Positions 38,769 through 48,722 of a stretch of DNA of 64,000 bases are shown here, one piece after another. The stretch lies in the IMG/VR virus record IMGVR_UViG_3300048924_000100, positions 1-64,000 of that record. One strand, 5' to 3'. The notes below the pieces were generated by a model. It ran no database searches. It was not told the origin of the DNA and worked only from the letters and a program-made list of their open reading frames with translations. Position 1 is the stretch's first letter, and every line of letters begins with the position of its first letter. A program made the position numbers and the translations under genes.

Positions 38769-40112
38769 TTATTCACTCACTACACCGTCATGCAACATTT
38801 GATACTTCGTCAGCACCAGGATCTTGACCTTCCCGATACGACGGGCGACGTAGGTTTGACCGAACCGCTCCACACGGGTGATACCTTGAGGTGGCAGACT
38901 GATCGGAGTTACCGTTTCAGCAGCAGCCAGCAGGTTCTCCATCTGGAAGATGAATTCCATCGTGGTGTCACTCATCAGACCGAAGTCCGAATCTTCCGAC
39001 GAAATCAGCGAGTAGTCAGGGAACAATGCAGTGATCTTTTCCATGCCTACACGGTTGTTCAGCTTAGCCACGAAGGCACAGTTGAGCGACTTATAAAGGA
39101 ACGGAACTTCCTGCATCGATTTTATGACGTGGTCCGTCGTCATGTTCGGAGTCAAGTAGCGATCCACCAACGCCATCATCGTTTCACGATCGGTAATTGG
39201 TGAGTATTGCTTGGCGCCGTTGGTTTTGTTCAGCAGACCATACCGGTCGAAGTTCGGGATAACATAGAACTCGAGCGGGTTGAACAGATCCGGGATCTTC
39301 TCTTCCCAGCGTGGGCGAGGAAAGGCGGAATTAGCGAGGATCTCTTGTTGCAGTTGGTCGAACAGTTGGTCTTCGGCGTCTTTGCCGTTACCCCACCAGA
39401 TGTAGGTCCAGCTACCGACGTTGAAGCTCGGGGTGTTAATGAGGTCCATGATCTGGAATTCAAGAACATCACGGTCGGTGTAGGGCCAAGCGCTTTGGTT
39501 GTTCAGCGTCTTCAGGCGATCTTCGATCACCTTCGGCGTTTCCAAATCCAAGCGAGCTGCGATCTGTTGGAAGTTAGCTTCCATCAGGAAGTCCATCTCT
39601 GCCAACGGCAGTGGATGTACTGCGGTGAACTTAACGCGCGGGAACTGATCCTGGAAGTACGCGTCGGCAAACCACAGGTAGAACTCTTGCTCTTCGCCGG
39701 CAACAAGGTGGTTACCGTGTACGAAACTCGGCAGCCAGATGATGTTGTCGGTTACCATTTCACCGATATCAGTAATCTCGATATCGTTAGAGAAGTTGGC
39801 TTGCAACAGCAACAGCATGTTTGGGCGGCTACTGGTGATGTTACCCAGTTTGGCTTGGGCATAAAGCCAGTCACCCATTTCGATTTGCCGTGTGGCAATC
39901 GCAACTGGCATCTTAACTTCAACGTCATCCGTCGTCGTCAGGAAGTTAACCAGTTCAGTAACAGAAGCACCGTCTGTTTTAGTAAAGGACCCAGGGTCAC
40001 GTTGGTAACTTCTGGATTTATTGGAAAGCTCTCCCAAAGGGGCAGCATTTTCTGGATTGTTGTTATAAAGTGGTGATATACTACCGAAAGACAAATACCT
40101 TGTAACGCTCAT
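38769..40112 (-). CDS. putative virion structural protein
   Basis: About 447 aa; GAGG RBS before ATG 40112; core-region position. Confidence 0.65.
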   Translation of the reverse strand: MSVTRYLSFGSISPLYNNNPENAAPLGELSNKSRSYQRDPGSFTKTDGASVTELVNFLTTTDDVEVKMPVAIATRQIEMGDWLYAQAKLGNITSSRPNMLLLLQANFSNDIEITDIGEMVTDNIIWLPSFVHGNHLVAGEEQEFYLWFADAYFQDQFPRVKFTAVHPLPLAEMDFLMEANFQQIAARLDLETPKVIEDRLKTLNNQSAWPYTDRDVLEFQIMDLINTPSFNVGSWTYIWWGNGKDAEDQLFDQLQQEILANSAFPRPRWEEKIPDLFNPLEFYVIPNFDRYGLLNKTNGAKQYSPITDRETMMALVDRYLTPNMTTDHVIKSMQEVPFLYKSLNCAFVAKLNNRVGMEKITALFPDYSLISSEDSDFGLMSDTTMEFIFQMENLLAAAETVTPISLPPQGITRVERFGQTYVARRIGKVKILVLTKYQMLHDGVVSE

Positions 40113-40142
40113 AACTCTCACCTCTTCAGTAAGGATGGTCCC

Positions 40143-40595
40143 ATGTTAGCGGTCTTTAGAGAGCTAACCAACAGATCTATAGAATTTGTCCTCTCGTTGA
40201 CAAAGGGTGAAACGCTTGAAGAGCAATTGACATCAGCTTTGAAGACTTCGATCTTCCTAGTGACTGTCCTCATGTTTACAGCCACCAGCCTTGCGATTGC
40301 GAACTGGAACATGCGAACGGAACTCTCGGATGTAGAGGTCGGTATTTCTAAAGTAAACCTTTTGTTCGACGGGGACAACGGTGGGCCTATTAAAGGGTTC
40401 ATCAGGATCAATGACATGTTGGCGGGGCAGAACATCGCCCTAAAGCAAGAGAACATCCTGTTTCTCAGGACTAACGCCCGTCTGTTTGAACAGAATCACT
40501 GGTTGCGTTTGCAACTGCTCCAGACTCTGGACGAGAACGAACTCCTGCGTAGAAACAACAAAATGCTGGTTGATAAAGTCCTTCGTAACAGGTGA
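40143..40595 (+). CDS. membrane protein with coiled coil
   Basis: TM segment SIFLVTVLMFTATSLAIA. Confidence 0.7.
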   Translation: MLAVFRELTNRSIEFVLSLTKGETLEEQLTSALKTSIFLVTVLMFTATSLAIANWNMRTELSDVEVGISKVNLLFDGDNGGPIKGFIRINDMLAGQNIALKQENILFLRTNARLFEQNHWLRLQLLQTLDENELLRRNNKMLVDKVLRNR

Positions 40596-40653
40596 AATGA
40601 TTCTTCACCCTGGCACCCATTAATGTGTAACTACACCTCTTAGGGGCGCCACA

Positions 40654-42171
40654 ATGGACGAAATTATTCCAACGATAAACATGGTCGTTTATCTCATTGC
40701 AAATGCCTTAGAACCCAAGGAAGGACGTCGTAAGCAACATTACTACTTGGGCGGGCATGGTTATACCTACGATGTCAAAGAAGAGGGCAAGAAGAAACTT
40801 GCCAAGGACGTAGCCACCTCCACGGGCTATTACACCGGTAACAAACAAAAGCCAAACACTGTTGTGGTGGTGCAAGACATCGTGAGTCTGACTGTACCGA
40901 ACGGGCACAGTTTGATCGACAGCTTGATGAAAGGATTCTTGGAGGTTCTTAAAGTAGCTAATGAGCGTAAGCAGAAGAACTTGTGGATCATTACTCCCCA
41001 CAAGGAACTCGAGCTCATCAGCAAGCTGCAAGAGCCCGCATGGAAAGTTATAACGGGTCAGGAAGTGAAGGTGGGTAAGCACATCCTGACGCCTGAAGAA
41101 GTTAAGACTGGCCTTGCGATCTATGAACAGCTGGAAATCCTGAAGGCCGATAAAGAGCGTAAACTGTTCTTTGACCTCGCAGGTTCCGCTGAAGGTGGTC
41201 TGGGTAACCGACTAGCACACAAACAAATGGAGATCGCTGAGATCGCCAGCGTCTGGGGTCACGAGGAGAAGCCGGATGTTTCGGTGATGTCTCGTAAGGA
41301 CTATGAGAACCCGGAGTCGGATTTTAACAAGATGGTCGACGCCACTCGGTGGTACTTCGAAACAGGTAATCGTTCGAAGTTTTACGACTTGCTGCATGGG
41401 TACCGGGTCTACAATTTTGGTAAAGTGGAGCCCGACAAAAACTACTACGGAAAAATCACCCCTGACGTCACGTATTCGAAGTTGTACAGCTTGGAACCAA
41501 TTACCCTGTTGGACAAGATGTATGAGTTTACCGCTAAAAAGATTGCGAACCCAGATGGGTACCTTTCTGCGGGAACGCTCAACAACCTCACGGGTAAAGA
41601 CGTTGCGCGTATGTTGGACGGGATTCCTGCTGTTAAGGAAAACAACAACCTGGTATCACCTGTTACTAAAGGCAACGGTAAACCGGTCCTGATCGAACTG
41701 ATCTCGCCTGTATTGATGTCGTATCGTATTCGTGAGTTCTTGGACACCATGGACATTGTGCTGGAGTCGTTCCTTAAAAAGGATGACAACAATGTCTTCG
41801 GAGCAACCAAGTTCTATGACATCACGGATCAGATCTTCGTTAAGGAAGCCAATACCAAAGGTGTTGTCAAGTTGAAGTTGCATCCCGAGTTTAACCAACT
41901 CAAGACGGCATTTAAGATACCGGTAGAGCACCGCAATGCGGTTAAGCCCGTACCGATCATGTTGTCGATTGGTTATGACATCCCGACGCGTAACTCGTTT
42001 AACTCGGTTGAAGACCCCGATGTGGAAGTATGGGTGGCTGTTGACTCCCGTAACGAGCAAGGCATGCGTTACTGCACACTGGTGAAGACTAAAGACTTCA
42101 TTTATGTACAGACTGCGGCTGGGGCTAATCTTCGCGTGTTGTCAGAAGCGGAACTGGGTAGAAAGTCATAA
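40654..42171 (+). CDS. RNase H-like protein (phiKZ gp155-like), apparently degenerate
   Basis: GGHGYTY and GLGNRLAH blocks; position next to the head protein and UvsX as in phiKZ-like phages. Confidence 0.55.
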   Translation: MDEIIPTINMVVYLIANALEPKEGRRKQHYYLGGHGYTYDVKEEGKKKLAKDVATSTGYYTGNKQKPNTVVVVQDIVSLTVPNGHSLIDSLMKGFLEVLKVANERKQKNLWIITPHKELELISKLQEPAWKVITGQEVKVGKHILTPEEVKTGLAIYEQLEILKADKERKLFFDLAGSAEGGLGNRLAHKQMEIAEIASVWGHEEKPDVSVMSRKDYENPESDFNKMVDATRWYFETGNRSKFYDLLHGYRVYNFGKVEPDKNYYGKITPDVTYSKLYSLEPITLLDKMYEFTAKKIANPDGYLSAGTLNNLTGKDVARMLDGIPAVKENNNLVSPVTKGNGKPVLIELISPVLMSYRIREFLDTMDIVLESFLKKDDNNVFGATKFYDITDQIFVKEANTKGVVKLKLHPEFNQLKTAFKIPVEHRNAVKPVPIMLSIGYDIPTRNSFNSVEDPDVEVWVAVDSRNEQGMRYCTLVKTKDFIYVQTAAGANLRVLSEAELGRKS

Positions 42172-42179
42172 GCACCTTA

Positions 42180-42214
42180 CTAACTACAGGAGCCTTACGG
42201 GCTCCTGTAGTTAG
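42180..42214. terminator. bidirectional terminator
   Basis: 15-bp stem, loop TTACG, followed by TTTATGGCTG. Confidence 0.8.
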
Positions 42215-42229
42215 GTTTATGGCTGCTTC

Positions 42230-43051
42230 TTACTTCAGGTTGGACAAGGTCTTAACTTGTTCGTTAAAGACCGCTGTGAGGTCGTTCAGGAGCACCAGGA
42301 CTGCACCAGACAGGTTGGTCAACGCAACGAACTTGTTGACGATGGTTTCGATGTCGTCGATACCCTGTTCACTGATCACCAGTTCGTTCGACTGGATCTT
42401 GTGCGTCAGCAGTTGACCCAGCTCGTAGACGTTGCTCAGTTCTTTGGCCAACAGTTCAATGTCACGCGCACCCAGGGTCTGGACGGTGTCATTGAAGGTG
42501 TCAACGCAAGCAAAGAACTCGTCGAAGTTGAAGTACACTTGACCGAGGTTGAACTTCAGTTTGCGGGCACCGTTAGGCAGTTGACGAACGAAGTTTTCGG
42601 TCTTGCTCAGAGCGTTGTCGAAGTCGCGGATGCTCCAGTTGAAGCTGCGATCGATACGCCCTGTACGAATGACTTGCTTCAGCCAATCATATAGTCTCGA
42701 TGCTTCTGTTTTCAAACTGCACACGATGTAGATGCCGTCGGTAACAGCTTTGGTGTGAGCCATCATGTTGCCCATGCCAGCAGCGAAGCCTTCTGGGGTC
42801 AGGATCTCAACACCGGTGTTCTTGACGTACATCACCTTGTTGGCACTGATGTTGTGTTGCGCAGCCGTGGCATCGACCTTATGAATCGACTTGCTCAGCA
42901 GCGCCATGCGGCTATCGATAGAGGAAGTGAACTCTTTAAAGAACAACTTAAAGTTCTCACCAATGCTCAGGGCTTCGAAGCCTTGGACAGTAAATGGTTC
43001 TGGATTTTGGACCAGCGCCAGGTAGTTCGGGATATCGGTAGATTGTTCCAT
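42230..43051 (-). CDS. head protein (phiKZ gp153-like)
   Basis: N-terminal VQGFE|A cleavage-like site; divergent from UvsX. Confidence 0.6.
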   Translation of the reverse strand: MEQSTDIPNYLALVQNPEPFTVQGFEALSIGENFKLFFKEFTSSIDSRMALLSKSIHKVDATAAQHNISANKVMYVKNTGVEILTPEGFAAGMGNMMAHTKAVTDGIYIVCSLKTEASRLYDWLKQVIRTGRIDRSFNWSIRDFDNALSKTENFVRQLPNGARKLKFNLGQVYFNFDEFFACVDTFNDTVQTLGARDIELLAKELSNVYELGQLLTHKIQSNELVISEQGIDDIETIVNKFVALTNLSGAVLVLLNDLTAVFNEQVKTLSNLK

Positions 43052-43155
43052 TACTGACCTCTGTATTGCTATAGTTTGGGGGAGGGCAGCTTGCCCAGTA
43101 ATAATCGGGCAGATTGGCCCTGGATTGAATTCATAAAATTATCAGGAAGGTAACA

Positions 43156-44658
43156 ATGTCAAGTCTGACAAGTGGGTTTTCTTTTGTTGACGCGATCAAA
43201 TCCTCGGATTCGCTGATTCCAGCATATAACGTATCGCCGATCAACGACATGGTCAACGGTGAACACGTCATCGGTCCAGGCGGTGTGACTTACCTTAACG
43301 GCGGTGCATGCCGTAACAACGCAGTGTGTGGCGGTAACAACACACAGAAGACTGGTGAAGCCGTACTGCAAATCGTGCGCATGCTGTTCCGTATTCCAAC
43401 ATCGATCTCCTTTATCATGGACATCGAAGCCACTTTGTCGATCAAACGTATGGCTGACATGTACGACCGGGAATGTGGGATTCCGGGCTACTTCATGGAA
43501 CACGTTCTCAACAAACGTCTGTTCTACTTCAACCGTAACGACCACAAGGCTAACCCATTCGGTCGCCATGATCCTAAAGCTGAGATCTCTGGCGTTGACG
43601 GTACTTGGGTACACAACTTCTTCAAAGACCTGAACGTTAAGGTTAAAGAAGACATCAAGGCCAAGAAAGACATTTACATCACTACGCCGTATATCGGTAA
43701 CGATGGCTTGCCAATCAAGCTGATCACTCCGATCATTACCTTTGTGGACTCGATCTCCGAGATGCACTTCCACAAGGTATCGGCACACTTCCAAGACGGT
43801 GACGTCGACGAAGGCGGCGAGAAGCGTACCCGCGACATGGCTATCGGCAACATGAAGCGTATCGTCTATGAAGACGCTGACGTGCTCGGTGGCGAAGTCG
43901 GTTGCGTACAGTTCTGGACCGCTCAGGTTGTTGAGACTATCAACATGTCTGGCCGTCCTCAGGAAAAGGAATCCGTCTTCATCCGTCCTGGGAAGAAACT
44001 CAAGGGGCCTAAGTCTCTGATGCGTATCCCACAAGTAGGCTGGGAGATCATCAAAGGTTCCGCACTCAAGAGCGGCCAGGAATGGCTGTACCCTAACCCT
44101 TTCGGACGTGACATTGTTCTCGATGCAGATGCCAAAGAAAACCCTGATCTTCTATTTTACCCATTCACTGCTTATCGTAACAAGAGTGGTTCTAGTGGTG
44201 GCAGTTTCTTCTTTATTGGTTCCCAAAGTCTAGGGATTCAAGAAGGTTTGACCATGTATCATGCTATGAAAACCAATGGCATGTTCGGTCTGGAAGGCTC
44301 GGCAATCAGTCACGTCTGTGTCCTGTATCCGGAATGTAAACTGGGTCGTACCACCGTCTGGGAGAAAACCCTGACCGATGCAAAGCTGGAACGTGCGTTG
44401 ACCATCTGCTACCAGATGCTGCACATGCAGTCCTTCTGGCTCGATACACCGAAGCGTTATCGCCTCACCCCGCAAGAACTTTACACCAAGATCAAGGAGC
44501 AGGGGTACAGCTGGGACGACATTCTGGAAAACACCGTGTACTACTGGCACACGAACCCAGAGATCAAGAAACACACCGTCTCAACTATGGAGCTGTTGAA
44601 GATCGCCATCGGCGAGCGTAAGCCATATTGGCTAGAAAAAGAAGTCGCTAAGAAATAA
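43156..44658 (+). CDS. uvsX: UvsX/RecA-like recombinase
   Basis: YLNGG, Walker A-like GGNNTQKT, MDIEAT, Walker B FVDSISE, RNKSGSSG, SQSLG. Confidence 0.8.
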   Translation: MSSLTSGFSFVDAIKSSDSLIPAYNVSPINDMVNGEHVIGPGGVTYLNGGACRNNAVCGGNNTQKTGEAVLQIVRMLFRIPTSISFIMDIEATLSIKRMADMYDRECGIPGYFMEHVLNKRLFYFNRNDHKANPFGRHDPKAEISGVDGTWVHNFFKDLNVKVKEDIKAKKDIYITTPYIGNDGLPIKLITPIITFVDSISEMHFHKVSAHFQDGDVDEGGEKRTRDMAIGNMKRIVYEDADVLGGEVGCVQFWTAQVVETINMSGRPQEKESVFIRPGKKLKGPKSLMRIPQVGWEIIKGSALKSGQEWLYPNPFGRDIVLDADAKENPDLLFYPFTAYRNKSGSSGGSFFFIGSQSLGIQEGLTMYHAMKTNGMFGLEGSAISHVCVLYPECKLGRTTVWEKTLTDAKLERALTICYQMLHMQSFWLDTPKRYRLTPQELYTKIKEQGYSWDDILENTVYYWHTNPEIKKHTVSTMELLKIAIGERKPYWLEKEVAKK

Positions 44659-44713
44659 GCGGCTATATGTATAGGGGACTCAATCCATCGAGTCCCTATT
44701 CACTTTTAGGGGA

Positions 44714-45097
44714 ATGCAAACAATGGACAGTACTGAACAATGTGGAAATGTCGTGTTGGTAGTAGCTGACAGTAACTTTATCAATCTCTGTGTAGACCCT
44801 TTTGCTTACATGGCCAGCTTGAAAGCTAAGCTGGCTGAACGCTCGGACCAAGGCGTTACCATGTACACTGTTTCTGGTAAGTACGGGCTGGGCAACGTTG
44901 ACAACACCATCGGGGTGATTCCAGTCGACGACAAGAACAAGACCGTGTTTGGTCAAACGTTGGAAAACGTAACCATGTTGTTCGACCAACTGGTGACCAT
45001 CACTATCGCTACGAACGATCCCTTCCTCTCGATGGCGTGTGAGGTTGTGACCAACGCCAACAAGCCTTACACCAAGTACGGTTATCAGAGGAAGTAA
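44714..45097 (+). CDS. hypothetical protein
   Basis: 127 aa, operonic with the RNAP subunit. Confidence 0.7.
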   Translation: MQTMDSTEQCGNVVLVVADSNFINLCVDPFAYMASLKAKLAERSDQGVTMYTVSGKYGLGNVDNTIGVIPVDDKNKTVFGQTLENVTMLFDQLVTITIATNDPFLSMACEVVTNANKPYTKYGYQRK

Positions 45098-45099
45098 TC

Positions 45100-45780
45100 A
45101 TGGCAAAGAACCGTAAAGGTTTTGAAGACTTTATCCTGACCTTTATGGGTAAGGTCACTAAGGGTGGAGGCAACCGGATTATTTACGAACGGTTGTTCAA
45201 AGCCATGAATGACAAACAGTTTGAAGAGTTCATGGTCAAACTGGAAGAAATCGAAGTGCTGGCCATCTGGGGCAGTAACAACGACCCGAACGAAATGATC
45301 GATTGGGAGAATCTCAAGAAGCTGGCCAAGGAGTATAACGTCTCCCTGGAACAGCGTCTGGTGATCTACGATGAGGAGACGGGCATCAAGTCGATGACAC
45401 CGTACACCGCGATCGTGGGTACCGATGTATTGCGTAAGCAACGTCAGATGTGGGTAAAAAAGTTCTCCGCTGCCAAAGACGATACAAAAATCGACGACCT
45501 CACTGGGCAGGTCATGGGTGACAGCCGTTCGACCGGTATTAGCCAACCTGAGATTACTGTTCTTCGTAACCTCGGCCTGACTACCATGGCCAACGAACTG
45601 TATAACGTCAAGGGTGGTGATCAGCAGGCCCTGCGTGCGTACAAGAACGACATCCTCACCACGGGTAAGACCAACACCAACTCCAGCTTGGAGCGAGGCG
45701 ATATTGCCAAGGTGTTGAAGACCGCGTATTACTTGCTGCGCGCTCGTGGTATCGACAACAACATGAACTCCCGTAACTAA
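45100..45780 (+). CDS. virion RNA polymerase beta subunit, C-terminal fragment (phiKZ gp149-like)
   Basis: IDDLTGQVMGDSRSTGISQPE...ELYNVKGGD resembles the RpoB C-terminal TQQP.GG..GEME / E.LT.KSDD region. Confidence 0.75.
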   Translation: MAKNRKGFEDFILTFMGKVTKGGGNRIIYERLFKAMNDKQFEEFMVKLEEIEVLAIWGSNNDPNEMIDWENLKKLAKEYNVSLEQRLVIYDEETGIKSMTPYTAIVGTDVLRKQRQMWVKKFSAAKDDTKIDDLTGQVMGDSRSTGISQPEITVLRNLGLTTMANELYNVKGGDQQALRAYKNDILTTGKTNTNSSLERGDIAKVLKTAYYLLRARGIDNNMNSRN

Positions 45781-45788
45781 GGTGTACC

Positions 45789-46220
45789 ATGGAAGACATG
45801 AATGATCTGTTGCACCTTAAAGTGGTGATCAACAACGCCCTGATCGATCTCCAGGGAGAAGACCGTCCTGACTTCAAGCTTCCGTTGGCAGGCATCTTCC
45901 TGGTGCCGCTGGTGCGCTTTGGTGACGGCTACGACACCTTCAACCGTGGGATCACTGCTACCGGTGCCGCTTATGACGCCTGGATCAACTTCCAGATGCA
46001 GGTGCTGACCGACCTGGGTACTAACCGCGAAAAGCTCATCGACGATTTCGAGAAGCTGCTGAGTGGCGTTATTAATGGTACCCCAGGTGGTGAAATCGTC
46101 AAGAACCATGAAGACCGAAAGGCTCTGTCTTACCTCGTGTTGCTGGCTACTCGCGTCTACGGTGATGCCATGCGTCTGGAGGCTCCTGATAAGGATGCTG
46201 ACAAAGGCGGTGCCCAATGA
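45789..46220 (+). CDS. hypothetical protein
   Basis: TAAGG RBS, 143 aa. Confidence 0.75.
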   Translation: MEDMNDLLHLKVVINNALIDLQGEDRPDFKLPLAGIFLVPLVRFGDGYDTFNRGITATGAAYDAWINFQMQVLTDLGTNREKLIDDFEKLLSGVINGTPGGEIVKNHEDRKALSYLVLLATRVYGDAMRLEAPDKDADKGGAQ

Positions 46221-46957
46221 TGAACAAGGTGTTGGAAATCTACACGGAGATTGATTGCATCTATGATCCTCGTCGTGGACTACTCAGTCTGTTGATGACA
46301 CCTGACATCGAGGACGACGCTGAACGTGTTAAGCAGGGTAATGCACTCTGGGACCTGCACGTGGCCGATAACTACAAGGCACGTGAACTCGACTACTTCA
46401 GTTACCCGTTCTTCAACATTGATCGGGAAAAGTATGAAGCAGCCTGGAAGAAGCGTTCCGTCAGCTCGTGGCTCATGTACTACCCGTCTAACTTCTACAA
46501 CGAGTTCATCCGCACCGTGGTGCAGCTGGAGCAGTTGGACGAGAAGCCAGTAGCGATCAAGACAGTTAACCTGAACGTTAACCTCTACCCTTATGAGTTC
46601 GACCAGGCAATGATCGATGAGTTTGTCCTTCATTGTCAGGGAGCGTTCAAGGGGCTGGTTAAGGTCAAGACGTTCAGCAGTAATCCTGCGAAGATGGACG
46701 CTGGGTACTACAAGCAATTCCGTTACGTATTCAAATACGATTCGCTGGTCGGTGAAGACTCCAGACTGCTGATTGAGTCCTTGAGCAAACACCCGATCCC
46801 GAATACGGCGTTCGTGGTGCCTGACATTCTGGCTAAGAAACTCGATTCCTTTACCGGTAGTGTTTCTGACCTGATCTTCAGCATCAGTATGGCCCTGGGT
46901 ACTGCCATTACCCTGGTTCCCATCAAACACAAGTTCTTCGATTACGCAGAAGCATAA
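46217..46957 (+). CDS. conserved hypothetical protein (HAD-like N-terminus, degenerate)
   Basis: IYTEIDCIYDPRRG; ATGA overlap. Confidence 0.65.
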   Translation: MMNKVLEIYTEIDCIYDPRRGLLSLLMTPDIEDDAERVKQGNALWDLHVADNYKARELDYFSYPFFNIDREKYEAAWKKRSVSSWLMYYPSNFYNEFIRTVVQLEQLDEKPVAIKTVNLNVNLYPYEFDQAMIDEFVLHCQGAFKGLVKVKTFSSNPAKMDAGYYKQFRYVFKYDSLVGEDSRLLIESLSKHPIPNTAFVVPDILAKKLDSFTGSVSDLIFSISMALGTAITLVPIKHKFFDYAEA

Positions 46958-46968
46958 ACAACCTGTCA

Positions 46969-46997
46969 CTAGAGTGGAGGCACTGCCTCCACTCTAG
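46969..46997. terminator. bidirectional terminator
   Basis: ctagagtggaggc-act-gcctccactctag. Confidence 0.75.
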
Positions 46998-47016
46998 CTT
47001 TATGCATGGGTTATTT

Positions 47017-47559
47017 TTAAACAGCGTTACCATCTATATCGACCAATTGCATGCCCTGGACAAGTTCACCCGGTTTGATTGGGGCGATGTCGGCGGTTGG
47101 GTCCAACAGGGACTTGGTAGGGTCCAACAGATACCCTGACATGTCGAACACTGGCAACGAGATAACACCGCTGCTGATGGTCTTCATGGCTTCGAGCATT
47201 TCGTTAAAGGCGAGTACGTTGGTTTCACCTTCTTTCTTCTTGGCTTTTTCCTTACGGTTATCCCGTACGGTTTTTTCCATGTGGCCGATCAGCGAGCTGA
47301 CACCTTCCAGAAGAGACGCACTGGTAGGCTTGGCCAGGTATTGCTGCATCGCGTAGTTCAGGAGCAAGGCACGGTTCTGTTGGATAGCGTCTACCAGTTT
47401 ATTCTGGTCTTCGTCTTCCAGGTCCAAGACCAAAGCCTTGCGCAGGGAGTTCATGGCTTCAGCGACTTCATCATCCTCGGTCCGGTGCTTCTTATCGAGG
47501 TCCGAGAGTTTGTCTGCAAATGGGGAAAGCTCTTTTACTGGCTGTTCTGTAGTGTCCAT
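47017..47559 (-). CDS. hypothetical helical protein
   Basis: 180 aa. Confidence 0.75.
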   Translation of the reverse strand: MDTTEQPVKELSPFADKLSDLDKKHRTEDDEVAEAMNSLRKALVLDLEDEDQNKLVDAIQQNRALLLNYAMQQYLAKPTSASLLEGVSSLIGHMEKTVRDNRKEKAKKKEGETNVLAFNEMLEAMKTISSGVISLPVFDMSGYLLDPTKSLLDPTADIAPIKPGELVQGMQLVDIDGNAV

Positions 47560-47571
47560 AATTTTTTAAAC

Positions 47572-47580
47572 CTATATTAC
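47572..47580 (+). promoter_or_regulatory. putative early promoter (TTTTAAACCTATATTAC)
   Basis: Exact TATATTAC, intergenic. Confidence 0.7.
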
Positions 47581-47611
47581 TAGGGTAGATAACAGTAAGG
47601 AGCATGGTTTC

Positions 47612-48238
47612 ATGATACTCACTAAACGGTCTGTGCTCCAGCTATTGAGCAAGTTCCCTATTGTAGGGAAATGGGCACAACTGGAACACTGCAAGCAGTT
47701 GTTGCAACAATTGGATGAGGTGCAGAGAGGATACGGCTCCGCAAAGGTCCGTTTTATTGACTCTGTCACACTTCTATACGATGCGTTGCTGGAAGCCTGT
47801 GCGTTCGAGTTACAGGACGACTTTGTGTGGTTCTATACCCTAGAGTTAAATGTTTACACACGCACCTCTGGGGATGCTCACAGGCTGTTAGGAGCGCTGA
47901 TGCGCGGGGAACTTGTAAAGGTGGAAGATTGCTTCCGCAGTTACGATGTGGGTAGGAAGGTACCTTTCATGGACTGGTACAGTAGTGGTCATACAACAGC
48001 ACTCTTCTTTACGTATGGGGTTAATCTGATTAAGGTGTATTGCGAGCAACATGCTGAGCAACTCACACCCGATCAGGTTAAGACGAAGAAGCGTGTTTAC
48101 AATCCACCACTCGACGCATTCTTAGTAAGCAAGCACTTCAAAATGTTAACTGAAGACTTAATATCGCTTGCTCGCTTAATGGTGCGTTCACAGCAAAGGG
48201 TGCTCAATGGAGAAGCCAAAGAAACACTTAAGGGCTAA
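47612..48238 (+). CDS. hypothetical protein
   Basis: 208 aa, after the promoter motif. Confidence 0.7.
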   Translation: MILTKRSVLQLLSKFPIVGKWAQLEHCKQLLQQLDEVQRGYGSAKVRFIDSVTLLYDALLEACAFELQDDFVWFYTLELNVYTRTSGDAHRLLGALMRGELVKVEDCFRSYDVGRKVPFMDWYSSGHTTALFFTYGVNLIKVYCEQHAEQLTPDQVKTKKRVYNPPLDAFLVSKHFKMLTEDLISLARLMVRSQQRVLNGEAKETLKG

Positions 48239-48650
48239 TCAGCTGGACAGTATCTCCCACAAGTATGTCGATGACGATCAGCTACAGGACACACCTGCAC
48301 GGTTGTACCGTAAGCTGTTGCACAAAATGGACATGAACCCACGTAAGTGGATCAGTTACTTGCGGGACTATCTGGACTGGCGGGTGACTACCGCTGATCC
48401 TGATAAGGCAAAAGAGGAGCGAACCACGCGTACCGGCAATATCAAGGACACGTACTTTCAGAAGCCTGGCTTAACGTTTAGCAAGTTTCTGGAAGGGCTT
48501 TCAATTTTAAGGATGGCCAAGGTAGAGATTATCTTCAGGATAACTGACACCGAAGGCAAGGTATATGAAGTATCGGAGATCCAGCGAATCGTGGGTAAAG
48601 ACCGCGCTCAGCTACCTCCGGTACGTGATGACGAACCTGAAAGTTCTTGA
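48207..48650 (+). CDS. hypothetical protein
   Basis: 147 aa; LTFSKFLEGLSIL motif. Confidence 0.75.
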   Translation: MEKPKKHLRANQLDSISHKYVDDDQLQDTPARLYRKLLHKMDMNPRKWISYLRDYLDWRVTTADPDKAKEERTTRTGNIKDTYFQKPGLTFSKFLEGLSILRMAKVEIIFRITDTEGKVYEVSEIQRIVGKDRAQLPPVRDDEPESS

Positions 48651-48722
48651 CCGGTACGGTATAGGTGGGGGTCATTCCCCACCTCAACCTCCTTTATTTT
48701 TTTGTTTGATGGAGACATTCTC

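Noticed and set aside
44714-45097. SLOG/DUF2493-like fold
   Set aside because: Only a vague N-terminal strand resemblance; the key Gly-rich motifs are absent.
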